DNA of 64,000 bases, from assembly GCA_044223005.1 (NCBI GenBank), contig JBGAML010000001.1, forward strand, positions 128,001-192,000, given 5' to 3'. Shown one piece after another: positions 18,098 through 28,450 of this stretch (positions within the stretch are counted from its first letter, which is position 1; each line of letters starts with the position of its first letter). This stretch comes from Candidatus Eiseniibacteriota bacterium (lineage in GTDB: Bacteria; Eisenbacteria; RBG-16-71-46). The notes under the pieces are model-generated. The model had not been told where the DNA came from, did not search any database, and saw nothing but the letters and a program-made list of their open reading frames with translations. A program made the position numbers and the translations under genes.

Positions 18098-18685
18098 TCA
18101 GTCGCCGCGGATCGTGTGGCGCGCGATCGCGAGCACCTCGCCGGGATGGAGCGCGTCCGACTGCAGCACCGCGCGCACCATGCCCCGCTCGTCGACGATC
18201 ACGAGCCCGGGCTGGATCGACGACGTGTCGTCGTCCCACATGCCGAAGAGCTGTGCGGTCTCCCCGGTGGGGTCGCTCAGGAGCGGGGACGCGATGCGGT
18301 TCCGGCGCGCGAACTCGCCGAGCGTCGCTTCGCCGTCCTGGCAGAAGCCGACGAGCACCGCGTCGAGGTCGTGCATGGCGTCGTCGAGCGAACCGAATTC
18401 GCCAAAGCCGCTCCGCCCGCGATCGAACACGATGACCGACCAGTGGCCGAGGAGATCCGCGCGAGTCAGCGGCTGCCCGAGCGAGCTGTCGAGCCGGAAG
18501 TCCGGCGCGGGATCACCGGGCGTCAGATCGACGACGTTGCTCCCGACCGAACCGCTCGGCGGGATCGTCGTGCGCGGGACGTCGATCGGTGGGACCGGAT
18601 CGCGGGGTGACGGCGGCTCCTGCGCGCCCGCGGGAACGGCGACGCCGAGCACGAGAACGAGGGCGAGACATGCGACGCGTGGCAT
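18098..18685 (-). CDS. secreted redoxin (AhpC/TSA-fold) protein lacking the peroxidatic Cys motif
   Basis: PGDPAPDFRL...LLSDPTGETAQLFG...VIVDERGMVR fold motifs; no PxxxTxxC. Confidence 0.75.
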   Translation of the reverse strand: MPRVACLALVLVLGVAVPAGAQEPPSPRDPVPPIDVPRTTIPPSGSVGSNVVDLTPGDPAPDFRLDSSLGQPLTRADLLGHWSVIVFDRGRSGFGEFGSLDDAMHDLDAVLVGFCQDGEATLGEFARRNRIASPLLSDPTGETAQLFGMWDDDTSSIQPGLVIVDERGMVRAVLQSDALHPGEVLAIARHTIRGD

Positions 18686-18853
18686 GGCGACCTCCCGGGT
18701 GAGGGAACGCTCCGGCGAACCGGCTTCACCCGATCGGACGGGCGCACGAGGCGGAAGGTTCCCGCGCGCGCGAGGATCGCCCGGAGAATCCACCGCGCGC
18801 TGACGCGATGGGGCGGGACGGGACATCGCGGAGGCCGCGTGTCCGGGGCGTGT

Positions 18854-19834
18854 TCAGCGCGAGGCGCCGGCGGCCTCCGCCCACGTGCGCACGATCGCGC
18901 CGGCCGGTTCGATCGAGCGGATGCCGGCGACGCTGCGGCCGGCCTGCCAGTACTCGCGCGCGCCGCGCGGGTCGAGCGAGTCGCGGCGCAGCGCCCACGC
19001 GGAGCGCAGCGCGAAGATCGAGCGCATGAGGTGCTTGGTGCGGCCGCCGCGCAGCATCCAGCGCTCGAACGCGTTCACCGTCGTGCCCGAGCGCTCGACG
19101 TGAGGCGTGCGCAGCACGGCGACCGGGATCCCCGTGAGGCGCTCGGTCAGGACGACGTCGTCCTCCTTCGCGCCCACGATCGCCTGCTTGTAGGCGTCGC
19201 TCGCGCGGCACTCCGGCGTCGCGATGAAGCGCGTGCCGCACTGGACGCCCGCGTAGCCCAGGCGCAGCGCGGCGGCGAATCCGGCGGCGTCGCCGACGCC
19301 GCCCGCGCACACGACCGGCAGCCCGAACGGGCGGAGCTCGTCGAGCAGCTCCTCGACGCCGCGCGGTCCGGCGTGCCCGCCGGCGCGGCGGTTCACCGCG
19401 ATCAGGCCGTCCACGCCACCGTCGCGCGCCTTCGCGGCCCACTTCGCCTCGGTCACGTCGTGGTAGACCACGCCGCCCACCGCGTGCGCCTTCTCCACCA
19501 CCCAGCGCGGGTTGCCGAGCGAGGTGACGAAGAAGCGCACGCCCTCCTCGAGCGCGACGTCCACCCACTCGCGCATGCGCTCCATGTACCTGCTCGAGGA
19601 CTTCTCGATCAGCGCGTTCATGCCGATCGGCTTCGCGGTGAGCGAGCGGATGAGCCGGAGTCCCGCGCGGAAGTCGTGTCCGTGCACGAACGTGAGCGAG
19701 ATCGGCTGCACCACGCCGAGCCCGCCGGCCTCGGAGACGGCGGCCACCAGCTCGGGATTGCTGCACGGATACATGGGGCCGCAGACGAGCGGCACCTCGA
19801 TCCTCGCGTGGCGCGTGAGCGGCGTGTCGATCAC
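18854..19834 (-). CDS. nitronate monooxygenase family (FMN-dependent) protein
   Basis: PLVCGPM, LVAAVSEAGGLG, AGGHAG, PVVCAGGV, GVQCGTRFIATPEC.AS..YK. Confidence 0.9.
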   Translation of the reverse strand: MIDTPLTRHARIEVPLVCGPMYPCSNPELVAAVSEAGGLGVVQPISLTFVHGHDFRAGLRLIRSLTAKPIGMNALIEKSSSRYMERMREWVDVALEEGVRFFVTSLGNPRWVVEKAHAVGGVVYHDVTEAKWAAKARDGGVDGLIAVNRRAGGHAGPRGVEELLDELRPFGLPVVCAGGVGDAAGFAAALRLGYAGVQCGTRFIATPECRASDAYKQAIVGAKEDDVVLTERLTGIPVAVLRTPHVERSGTTVNAFERWMLRGGRTKHLMRSIFALRSAWALRRDSLDPRGAREYWQAGRSVAGIRSIEPAGAIVRTWAEAAGASR

Positions 19835-20544
19835 GGGCGCTTCTTCCTCGCGACGCTCGCGGCCCGGGAGGGCTTCACCATCTTCGCGGGCTTCGCGCCG
19901 ACATGTGGCGAGAGATGGAAACGCAGCGGCGGGATCCGCTCCCCCGCCGCGCAGCACTCGATCAGTTGCTTCATCCGCCGCGCGCGCGTCGCTTCCTGTT
20001 TCGCGGTCAGGATCCACCACGTGGCGGCCTTGCGGTAGGAGGGCGCCGCGGCGCTCCACCACGCCCACGCGATGCGATTCCGCCGCAGGACCGCGGCGAG
20101 TTCGGCCGGGAGCTCGGCGGGCCGGCGCTCGTAGGAGTAGATGCCGGTGCGCTTCTCGGCCCGCGCTTCGAACGCGCGCTTGCCGGCGGGCCGCACGCGC
20201 CCTTCGTGCTCGAGTTCGGCGAATCGCTTCACGTTGACCGTGCTCCAATTGCTCGACGTCTTGCGCGACGTGAAGCGGATCACGTAGCTCGCCGCATCGA
20301 GGCTCTTGCGCAGCCCATCGATCCACCCGAAGCAGAGCGCCTCGTCCACCGACTCCGGCCACGTGATGCTGGGCTGCCCCGTGCCGACGCGGCGAAAACC
20401 CACCCACAGCGCCTCGCCCCGGGCGTGGTGCGCGGCGAGCCACGCGCGCCACGCGGCGGGCGTCGCGAAGAAGCGCGGGTTCGCGGCGTCCGAGCCCGGC
20501 GTGCCGCCGGCGGGCGCCTTCGCGGCCGGCGGGCGCGCGCTCAC
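19831..20544 (-). CDS. YdeI/OmpD-associated family protein
   Basis: FFATPAAWRAWL..HH...ITWPESVDEALCFGWIDG...WS.VN...AKQEATRARR. Confidence 0.88.
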   Translation of the reverse strand: MSARPPAAKAPAGGTPGSDAANPRFFATPAAWRAWLAAHHARGEALWVGFRRVGTGQPSITWPESVDEALCFGWIDGLRKSLDAASYVIRFTSRKTSSNWSTVNVKRFAELEHEGRVRPAGKRAFEARAEKRTGIYSYERRPAELPAELAAVLRRNRIAWAWWSAAAPSYRKAATWWILTAKQEATRARRMKQLIECCAAGERIPPLRFHLSPHVGAKPAKMVKPSRAASVARKKRP

Positions 20545-21029
20545 TTCGGCTCCACGAGCCCGAGCCGCCAGCGTGCGGTCACCGTGGCGACCACGTCGCC
20601 CGCGGCGTCGCGGATCGGGGCCTGCACGTCGAACTCGAGGTCCTCGGTCACCGCGGGCACGACGACGCGGCTCTCGGCGACCAGCCGGCCTCGCGCCTTC
20701 TTGCCGTAGTCCGTGCGCAGCGAGACCACGATGCTGCGGACGCCCGGCGGCAGCGCGGTCACCATGGCGAGCCCGCTCGCCATCTCGCCCAGGTTGGCGA
20801 GCGCCACCGCGTGAATCGAGTTCAGGTGGTTGCGCACGCCGCGGCGGTCGGCGAGCGAGATCCGCACGAACCCGGGCTCCAGCGATTCGACCCGCGCCCC
20901 GAGCGCCCCCGAGTAGGGCACGAGATTGCCGAACGCGAGCATGAACAGCGTGCGCCCGAACGGCAGCGGCGCGCAGCGCCGCCAGAGCCCGAGCACGCGG
21001 GCGCCGGGTGCGGGCGCGGGCGCGCTCAT
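20541..21029 (-). CDS. hotdog-fold thioesterase (DUF4442/PaaI-like)
   Basis: VRNHLNSIHAVALANLGE...KKARG. Confidence 0.85.
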   Translation of the reverse strand: MSAPAPAPGARVLGLWRRCAPLPFGRTLFMLAFGNLVPYSGALGARVESLEPGFVRISLADRRGVRNHLNSIHAVALANLGEMASGLAMVTALPPGVRSIVVSLRTDYGKKARGRLVAESRVVVPAVTEDLEFDVQAPIRDAAGDVVATVTARWRLGLVEPK

Positions 21030-21592
21030 GCGAGCACCTCCGGATCGGCCTTCAGCGCCTCGAGCACGAACGCGATGTGCGCGTCCAGGTCCTCGCCGAG
21101 TTCGGCGGTGCCCTGGAGGATGTCCTCGCGGCTCACGTTGCGCGCGAAGTCCGCGCGCTTGAGCTTCTTCCTCACCGAGGCGACCTCGACGCCCGCGAGC
21201 GAGCGGTCGGGCAGCACGAGCGAGCAGGCGACCAGGAAGCCGCAGAGCTCGTCGCACGCGAACAGCGCCTTCGCCATGCGCGTGTCGCGCGGCACGCCGG
21301 TGTGGGTCGCGTGGCCGAGCACGGCACGGCAGACGTCCTCGGGCCAGCCGCGCTGGCGCAGGACCTCGACCCCCGCCGCGGGATGGCGTTCGAGGTCGGG
21401 ATGCCGCTCCCAGTCGAAATCGTGGATCAGCCCCGCGAGCGCCCAGCGGTGCTCGTCCTCGCCGAACCGCCGCGCGTAGGCGCGCATCGCGGTCTCGACG
21501 CAGCGACAATGCCGGCGCAGGGCCGGGTTGTCGATCCACTCGTGCAGCAGCGCGAGCGCCTCCTCGCGCGTCGGGACGTGCTCGACGGACAT
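21026..21592 (-). CDS. HDIG/HD domain phosphohydrolase
   Basis: LRRHC..VE...GLIHDFDWE...H...ALFACDELCG. Confidence 0.9.
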   Translation of the reverse strand: MSVEHVPTREEALALLHEWIDNPALRRHCRCVETAMRAYARRFGEDEHRWALAGLIHDFDWERHPDLERHPAAGVEVLRQRGWPEDVCRAVLGHATHTGVPRDTRMAKALFACDELCGFLVACSLVLPDRSLAGVEVASVRKKLKRADFARNVSREDILQGTAELGEDLDAHIAFVLEALKADPEVLA

Positions 21593-21680
21593 CGGGGCTC
21601 CCGGCGGGTGACGTGCGGCACCAACGGCGAGGCCGGCGCCGCGCGCCGGCCCGGGAACGCGGGCGCGGAGGCCCGCGGCG

Positions 21681-21917
21681 TCACTTCTTGAAGAACTCCT
21701 TGTTCTTCGCGATGAAGCTGTTCCACTTCTCCGGCACGCCGTTGTCCGGGAAGATCGCCTGCACGGGGCACGCGGCCTCGCACGCCTGGCAGTCGATGCA
21801 CTCGTCGGGATGGATGTAGAACTGGTCATCGCCCTCGTAGATGCAATTGACCGGGCAGACCTCGACGCAGGACTTGTCCTTCACACCGACGCAGGGCTCG
21901 GCGATCACGAACGGCAT
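21681..21917 (-). CDS. fdxA: 7Fe (dicluster) ferredoxin
   Basis: CVGVKDKSCVEVCPVNCI...IHPDECIDCQACEAACP; GGAGGT SD. Confidence 0.93.
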   Translation of the reverse strand: MPFVIAEPCVGVKDKSCVEVCPVNCIYEGDDQFYIHPDECIDCQACEAACPVQAIFPDNGVPEKWNSFIAKNKEFFKK

Positions 21918-22189
21918 GGAAACCACCTCCGGAGGATGGATCGGCGCGACCCGGGACCGCGGGCGCACGTCCTTGGGATGAGCGGCGGAGTCTAGGGTGC
22001 CGCACGGACCGAGGCAAGGCCCGCCCCGGTGCGTTCGACTCGCCGCCGCGGCGACGCCGGCCCCTGCCGCGAGACCGTTCGCCGCCCGGGGGCGACCGTT
22101 CGCCGCCGTCGCCTTGACCCTGTCGGGTGCTCACCGGATGATCGCATCGAGTGGTCGTTCCGTTCCTCCGGCCTTCCCCCACGGTACCC

Positions 22190-23371
22190 ATGAGCACGCC
22201 CTCCGACCTTTCCGCGCTGCGCATCGATCGCGGCGGCCCGCCCCCTTCGACGGGTCGCTCGCGCCTGCCCGTCGTCCTCGTCGTCCTCGCGCTGGCCGTG
22301 ATCGCGATCGTCTTCGCCGTGATGCGATTCGGCCCTCACGCGCTGGCCGTCCAGGCCGGCACCGCCGAGGCCACCGGCGGGGGCAGCGCGAGCGGCGAGG
22401 GCATCACGGCCAACGGCTACGTGGTCGCGCGCACCAAGGCGAGCGTGTCGTCCAAGATCCTCGGCCGCCTGTCGTGGATCGGGGTCTCCGAGGGGACGCG
22501 CGTGCGGGCCGGCGAGGTGATCGCCCGGCTCGACGACGCGGACGTCGATGCGGCCGCGAACGCCGCCCGGGCGAGCGTCGCGCAGGTCGAGGTGCAGCTC
22601 GCGCAGGCGAAACGCGAACTCGCGCGCACCCAGGCGCTCAAGCGGGACAACCTCGTCGCCGATGCGAACCTCGAATCGGCGCAGATGCAGGTGGACGTGC
22701 TCGCCGCGCAGCTCAACAGCGCCCGCGCGCAGGTGGCGCTGGCGCAGGCCAACCTCGAGAACACGCGCGTGCGCGCCCCGTTCGACGGCACGGTGCTGCG
22801 CAAGGACGCCGAGGTCGGCGAGATCGTCGCGCCCTCGTCGGCGGGCGGCGGGTTGACGCGCACGGCGATCGTCACGATCGCCGACCTGCACACGCTCGAG
22901 GTCGAGGTCGACGTGAACGAGGCGTACATCGCCCAGGTGCGCGGCGACCAGCCCGCGCGGATCACGCTCGATGCGTACCCGGACACGTCGTTCAGCGGCC
23001 GCGTGCGCCAGGTCGTGCCCACCGCGGACCGGCAGAAGGCGACCGTGCTCGTGAAGGTGTCGATCCTCGACCACGACCCGCGCATCCTCCCCGAGATGGG
23101 CGCCAAGGTCGTGTTCGAGAGCCGGGGCGCCGCGCAGGCGGCCGCGCCGCGCCGCGTGATGGCGCCGGCGGCGGCAGTCGTGCAGTCGGGCGGCTCCGCG
23201 TTCGTGTGGGTGATCGACGGCGAGGTCGTGCACAAGGTCAACGTGGACGTGGGCGCCGCGCGCGGCGACCGGGTCGAGATCCGGCAGGGCCTCGCCGGTG
23301 GCGAGAGCCTCGTGCTGGGAGCGCCCGCGGGCCTGAAGGACGGCGCGCGGGTGAAGGTCGGGAGCCGCTGA
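22190..23371 (+). CDS. efflux periplasmic adaptor (MFP) subunit
   Basis: N-terminal TM helix, ANGYVVAR..ASVSSK..GRL, coiled coil, RAPFDGTV, PEMGAKV. Confidence 0.92.
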   Translation: MSTPSDLSALRIDRGGPPPSTGRSRLPVVLVVLALAVIAIVFAVMRFGPHALAVQAGTAEATGGGSASGEGITANGYVVARTKASVSSKILGRLSWIGVSEGTRVRAGEVIARLDDADVDAAANAARASVAQVEVQLAQAKRELARTQALKRDNLVADANLESAQMQVDVLAAQLNSARAQVALAQANLENTRVRAPFDGTVLRKDAEVGEIVAPSSAGGGLTRTAIVTIADLHTLEVEVDVNEAYIAQVRGDQPARITLDAYPDTSFSGRVRQVVPTADRQKATVLVKVSILDHDPRILPEMGAKVVFESRGAAQAAAPRRVMAPAAAVVQSGGSAFVWVIDGEVVHKVNVDVGAARGDRVEIRQGLAGGESLVLGAPAGLKDGARVKVGSR

Positions 23372-23396
23372 CCGCGGCGGCCCGGGGAGAACGAGC

Positions 23397-24068
23397 ATGG
23401 CGTGGGTCGAAGTCGAGAACGTTCGCAAGGTCTACCAGCGCGACACGCAGGCGATCCCGGTCCTGGACGACCTGTCGCTGAAGATCGAGGAAGGCGAGTT
23501 CGTCGCGCTGATGGGCCCGTCGGGCAGCGGCAAGACGACGCTGCTCAACCTGATCGGCGGCATCGACCAGCCGACGAGCGGCCGCATCGTGGTCGCGGGG
23601 ACGGACATCGCCCGCATGAGCGGCGGGGACCTCGCGAAGTGGCGCTCGCAGACCATCGGCTACATCTTCCAGCTCTACAACCTCATGCCCGTGCTGACCG
23701 CGCTGCAGAACGTGGAGCTGCCGCTGCTGCTCTACAAGATGAGCGGCGCCGAGCGCCGCAAGCGCGCCGAGTTCGCGCTCGATCTCGTGGGCCTCGCCGA
23801 TCGCAAGAGCCACTTCCCGCGGCAGCTCTCGGGCGGGCAGGAGCAGCGCGTCGCGATCGCGCGCGCGATCGTGAGCGACCCCAAGCTCATCCTCGCCGAC
23901 GAGCCCACGGGCGACCTCGACCGCAAGTCGGCCGAGGAGGTGCTGCAGCTGCTCGAGCGCCTCAACTCCGAGTTCAAGAAGACGATCGTCATGGTCACGC
24001 ACGACCCCCACGCCGCCGAGCGCGCGCACCGACTGGTGCACCTCGACAAGGGCGTGCTCACGAGCTGA
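23397..24068 (+). CDS. MacB/LolD-type ABC ATP-binding protein
   Basis: GPSGSGKTT, LSGGQEQRVAIARA, ILADEPTGDLD, VTHD. Confidence 0.95.
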   Translation: MAWVEVENVRKVYQRDTQAIPVLDDLSLKIEEGEFVALMGPSGSGKTTLLNLIGGIDQPTSGRIVVAGTDIARMSGGDLAKWRSQTIGYIFQLYNLMPVLTALQNVELPLLLYKMSGAERRKRAEFALDLVGLADRKSHFPRQLSGGQEQRVAIARAIVSDPKLILADEPTGDLDRKSAEEVLQLLERLNSEFKKTIVMVTHDPHAAERAHRLVHLDKGVLTS

Positions 24069-24079
24069 AGGGACCCCGC

Positions 24080-25261
24080 ATGCTCCGGCTCGTGATGGTG
24101 AACCTCGGCCGCAACAAGCTGCGCACGCTGCTCACCCTGGGCAGCGTGTTCGCGGCGCTGTTCCTGTTCAGTTCGCTCGGCGCGATCCTCGACACCCTGC
24201 AGGCGGCGGCCGACTCCGGCAGCCGCGAGCGGCTCGCCGTGCGGCACGCGATCTCGCTCACGAACTTCCTCCCGCGCAACGACAAGGATCGCATCCTGAC
24301 GATCCCGGGCATCAAGCGCGTGTGCACGCAGACCTGGTTCGGCGGGCAGATCCCGACCGAGAAGCGCATGCGCCAGCAGTTCGCGGTCGACGACGATTTC
24401 TGGCCCATGTACCGCAAGGACATGCGGATCTCGCAGTGGTCCGAGCCGCAGGCGGCCGTGAGCCTGCCGCCCGACACTGATCCGCACCTGGCCGCGTACG
24501 CGGTGGAACGCACGGCCTGCGTCGTGGGCGCGGACCTGATGAAGACGCAGGGCTGGAAGCTCGGTCAGACGATCCACCTGAACGGCACGCTCTTCCGCGG
24601 CACGTGGGACTTCACCATCCGCGGGGTCTACGAACGCCTGCCGGGCGGCACGTGGCCCGAGGACCTGATCCTGTTCCACAACGAGTACCTGCGCGAGAAC
24701 GGACTTCGCGGCAACGACCTCGTCGGCGTGTTCAAGGCCGAGCTGGTCGACAAGTCGCAGTCGGCCGCGATCGCGAAGCAGGTCGACGCGATGTTCGAGA
24801 ACTCGGACAACGCCACCAAGACCGAGAGCGAGCAGGCCTTCGGCGCGGGATTCATCAGCATGTTCGGCAACGTGCCGTTCGCGCTGCGCATGATCGGGTT
24901 CGCGGTCGTGTTCACGATCCTCGTCATCTCCGCGAACACGATGGTCATGTCGGTGCGCGAGCGCACGAGCGAAGTCGGCGTGATGAAGACGCTCGGCTTC
25001 AGCGACGGCGCGATCTTCGGGATGATCGTGGCGGAGGCCGCGCTGATCACCACCGGCGGCGGCCTCGCGGGCGCGCTCGCCGCGAAGCTGCTCCTGGTGC
25101 GCATCCCGAACGTCCCCATCTTCAACTCGCTGGTCATCACCTGGGGCACCGTCGCCATGGCCGTCGCCATCGCGATCGGCCTCGGCGTGGTGAGCGGCTT
25201 CATCCCCGCGTGGCAGGCCTCGCGCCTGCGCATCGTGGACGCGCTGCGGCGCGTGGACTGA
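24080..25261 (+). CDS. MacB/FtsX-type ABC permease
   Basis: RNKLRTLLT...ANTMVMSVRERTSEVGVMKTLGF...PAWQASRL. Confidence 0.92.
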   Translation: MLRLVMVNLGRNKLRTLLTLGSVFAALFLFSSLGAILDTLQAAADSGSRERLAVRHAISLTNFLPRNDKDRILTIPGIKRVCTQTWFGGQIPTEKRMRQQFAVDDDFWPMYRKDMRISQWSEPQAAVSLPPDTDPHLAAYAVERTACVVGADLMKTQGWKLGQTIHLNGTLFRGTWDFTIRGVYERLPGGTWPEDLILFHNEYLRENGLRGNDLVGVFKAELVDKSQSAAIAKQVDAMFENSDNATKTESEQAFGAGFISMFGNVPFALRMIGFAVVFTILVISANTMVMSVRERTSEVGVMKTLGFSDGAIFGMIVAEAALITTGGGLAGALAAKLLLVRIPNVPIFNSLVITWGTVAMAVAIAIGLGVVSGFIPAWQASRLRIVDALRRVD

Positions 25262-25271
25262 AGAGCCGGCC

Positions 25272-26552
25272 ATGGCGATCCCGTTCGTCTACAACGTCCG
25301 CAACGTGATGCAGCGGCCCGCCGCGACCGCGGCCACCGCGATCGGCATCGGGCTCACGGTCGCGGTGCTGCTCGCCGCGCTCGCGCTGGCCGAGGGCTTC
25401 CGTTCGACGCTCCAGGCCGCCGGCTCGCCCGAGAACGCGATCGTCACGAGCCACGGCGCCGACTCGGAGGTCATGAGCGGCTTCGCGCGCAGTGCCGGCG
25501 ACATCCTGCGCTCGAGCCCGCGCGTGGCGACCGGCCCCGACGGGCGCGCGCTCATCAGCCTCGAGATGGTGGCGACGACCAACCTGCCACGCATCGGCCA
25601 GAAGGGGTCGTCGAACATCCGCGTGCGCGGGATCGACGTGAACACGATCGGCGCCCGCGTCTCGCCGGTGATCACGCAGGGCCGCATGTTCACCCCCGGC
25701 ACCGACGAGGTGGTGGTCGGCGTGGGGATCGCGCCGCGCTTCGAGCACTGCTCGGTCGGCGACCAGATCAAGGTGCAGAAGCGCCTGCTCAAGGTCGTGG
25801 GTCTCTTCTCGGCGGGCGGCAGCTCGTACGAGTCCGAGGTCTGGGGCGACCAGAACGTGCTGCAGCCGCTCTTCCACCGTGACGGCGGCTGGCAGGTGGC
25901 GCTGCTGCGCATCGACGAGAAGTTCCCGCTCCCGCCCGCGGTGGAGGCCGACCTGAGGCAGAAGGCCGCGAGGAAGTCCTCGTGGTCCGACCGGCGAACC
26001 GAGGCCCAGCGCTTCGCCGAACTGGCGCGCGACTGGCGCTTCGCGGCGCTCAAGAAGGAGCTGGAGGACGACCCGCGCCTCGGCGTCGAGGTGAAGCGCG
26101 AGGACCTCTTCTACGCCGAGCAGTCGGTCGTGATCGCGACGATGGTCACGGTACTCGGGACCTTCATCACGATCATCATGGCGGTCGGCGCGCTCTTCGG
26201 CGCCGTGAACACGATGTTCGCGGCCGTGAGCGGCCGCACGCGCGAGGTGGCGACGCTGCAGGTGCTCGGCTTCCGCGGCGGGTCGATCCTCGCCTCGTTC
26301 GTGACCGAGTCGGTCCTCATCTCGGTGCTGGGCGGCGTGCTCGGCTGCCTGCTCGCGCTGCCCATCAACGGCATCCGCACGAGCACGACGAACTTCCAAT
26401 CGTTCAGCGAGGTCGCGTTCCAGTTCCGCGTGACGCCACCGCTCATGGTGATCGCCCTCGTCTTTTCGGCGCTGCTCGGCGTGGCCGGCGGCTTCTTCCC
26501 CGCGCTCAAGGCGGCCACGCAGCCGATCGCCCGCACGCTGCGCGGCGGCTGA
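25272..26552 (+). CDS. MacB/FtsX-type ABC permease
   Basis: MAIPFVYNVRN...NTMFAAVSGRTREVATLQVLGF...FFPA. Confidence 0.92.
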   Translation: MAIPFVYNVRNVMQRPAATAATAIGIGLTVAVLLAALALAEGFRSTLQAAGSPENAIVTSHGADSEVMSGFARSAGDILRSSPRVATGPDGRALISLEMVATTNLPRIGQKGSSNIRVRGIDVNTIGARVSPVITQGRMFTPGTDEVVVGVGIAPRFEHCSVGDQIKVQKRLLKVVGLFSAGGSSYESEVWGDQNVLQPLFHRDGGWQVALLRIDEKFPLPPAVEADLRQKAARKSSWSDRRTEAQRFAELARDWRFAALKKELEDDPRLGVEVKREDLFYAEQSVVIATMVTVLGTFITIIMAVGALFGAVNTMFAAVSGRTREVATLQVLGFRGGSILASFVTESVLISVLGGVLGCLLALPINGIRTSTTNFQSFSEVAFQFRVTPPLMVIALVFSALLGVAGGFFPALKAATQPIARTLRGG

Positions 26553-26784
26553 ACCTCGCCGGGACACTGCGGAGGCATTCTCGGCGCCGGGCGACGCGAA
26601 ATCGCCACGGCGCCGAGCCGTTTCGCGACAGGGCGGCCGCGCAACTCGCGTTCCTGCATCGGAGGGTGCGCGGCACGGAACCTGCGATGGCTCGACGACG
26701 TCCACATGCCAGGCAACGGTCCCGGCGCACGAAGGCGCCCGGGCCCCACGGTGGCCGCGCACGTCCCACGAAGGGAGTTCCGTC

Positions 26785-27249
26785 ATGAAGCGAACCCTCG
26801 CGCCGTTCCTGCTGCTCGGTCTGATGGCCGCGGTGCCGGCCTTCGCCGAGACCTCCGTGCACGTCGGCATCAACATCGGTGCACCGCCGCCGGCCGTCGT
26901 CTACCACCACGAGCCGCGCTGGGTGATGGTGCCGAACGAGCGCGTGTACGTCGTCGACGACGATGCGCTCGGCTACGACTACTTCCGCTACGGCGGCTGG
27001 TACTGGATCTACGACAACGACAACTGGTACCGCGCGCGGCGCTACCGCGGCCCGTTCGTCGCGGTGCGCGCCGACTGGGTGCCCGCGCCGATCTGGCACC
27101 TGCGTGCGAGCAACCACTACCGCTGGCGCCACCGCCCCGGCGACATGCCTCCGGGCCTGGCGAAGAAGTACGGACGTGGGTACGGACACGGCGACTACGG
27201 GCGCGGCGACGATCACGGGCGTGGCCACGGGAACGGTCGCGGCCACTGA
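26785..27249 (+). CDS. secreted protein with aromatic-rich core and Gly/His-rich tail
   Basis: Signal peptide ending AFA; VGINIGAPPP, YFRYGGWYW, PPGLAKK, HGRGHGNG tail. Confidence 0.8.
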   Translation: MKRTLAPFLLLGLMAAVPAFAETSVHVGINIGAPPPAVVYHHEPRWVMVPNERVYVVDDDALGYDYFRYGGWYWIYDNDNWYRARRYRGPFVAVRADWVPAPIWHLRASNHYRWRHRPGDMPPGLAKKYGRGYGHGDYGRGDDHGRGHGNGRGH

Positions 27250-27331
27250 CGGCGAGCGAAGCGCGAACGGGGCCGGCGGCACCAGCCGCCGGCCCCGCGT
27301 GCGCGATCGTGCCTGCCCCATCAAGTAAAGT

Positions 27332-27976
27332 TCAACGTAGCTGCCGGACAATTCGCAGGATTGTTTCTTTGCGGAGAATCCGCAGCTGTTGGTCGTCGGG
27401 CGTGAAGACGAACGCGAAGTCGGCTGAGCATGCGAGTAGCCTGCCCTCAAATGCCTCTTCTCCTTCGGACCCGCTGGCGACCACCACCCTTGTAGTGCGC
27501 TGCCACCCGTTGCGAATCGAATCGCTCTCCTTGCGCACAAGGGACGTCAAGGCGTACGCGGTCAACCCGACAATAATGATGGGCGCCAAAAGGTAGAGCC
27601 GCACTGCATTCCACCAAGGAATGGACTTTGAGGCGATCCCGATGGGAAGTGTGGTGCGCTCCATCAGGACATGGCGAACCGCGTTGGCCAGCCATAGCAA
27701 AGCCGTGGCGAGCACTCCGACGAAGAGCACGTCGAGCCGTCGCAATCCAGCCATGAAGAAGTCTTCCGCGTTCGCGAAGACGAGGTAGTCGACGCCGAAG
27801 CTCCTGAAGAGCAGTTCGTAGAAGATGAAGCCGAGAACTGTGACCAACAGGAAACTGACTGTTGTGAAGAGTGCAAGCTGTTTCGCGATCAACTCGACTT
27901 GATCGGCAGCCCGCTTACGAGCTTCGGTGTGAGACTCAAACCTTGGTAACCCATGCTGCTTGGGTGGAGCATTCAT
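27332..27976 (-). CDS. low-GC membrane hypothetical protein
   Basis: About 3 TM segments; composition clearly more AT-rich than the flanks. Confidence 0.65.
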   Translation of the reverse strand: MNAPPKQHGLPRFESHTEARKRAADQVELIAKQLALFTTVSFLLVTVLGFIFYELLFRSFGVDYLVFANAEDFFMAGLRRLDVLFVGVLATALLWLANAVRHVLMERTTLPIGIASKSIPWWNAVRLYLLAPIIIVGLTAYALTSLVRKESDSIRNGWQRTTRVVVASGSEGEEAFEGRLLACSADFAFVFTPDDQQLRILRKETILRIVRQLR

Positions 27977-28117
27977 GGTGGCGATCCTAGAACATGTTGG
28001 CGGGAACAACCTGCGGCGTGTTCGAACCCAAGCGTCTTCTCGATCGCCGGACCTGATCAAGTGGAATTCAGCAGCGCTCGGCCTGAAAGTGAGGCCTAAT
28101 GCCGCCACCGAATGCTC

Positions 28118-28450
28118 TCAACCACTTGGCGTCTCCGACAACCTGCCCTTGCCGAAGAGCAGCGCCACCGGCACCGCGAAGGCGATGCCGCCGGCGAGCG
28201 CGAGCAGCACGAAAGCGCCCCAGTGCAGGCGGCTCAACCCGCAGCGCACGAACAACCAGGCGAGCACGCCGGTCATGACGAGCGCCTCGATCACGAACGC
28301 GGCCGAGACCGGGTTCGCGAGCGCCGCGGCGAGCGCACCCGGCCGCGCGAGAAGCCCGTAGAGGAACGCGCCGTTGAGCCCGGCGAAGCCGAACGTGGCC
28401 AGCGCCATGAGAGAGAGCCGCTCGCGCGGCGAGAACGGGGTCGTCGGCAT
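28118..28450 (-). CDS. small membrane hypothetical protein
   Basis: Three hydrophobic segments; GGAG upstream of ATG. Confidence 0.7.
   Translation of the reverse strand: MPTTPFSPRERLSLMALATFGFAGLNGAFLYGLLARPGALAAALANPVSAAFVIEALVMTGVLAWLFVRCGLSRLHWGAFVLLALAGGIAFAVPVALLFGKGRLSETPSG

Noticed and set aside
27250..28140. Integron cassette or IS element
   Set aside because: No attC-like RYYYAAC...GTTRRRY structure after the gene, no terminal inverted repeats and no transposase.
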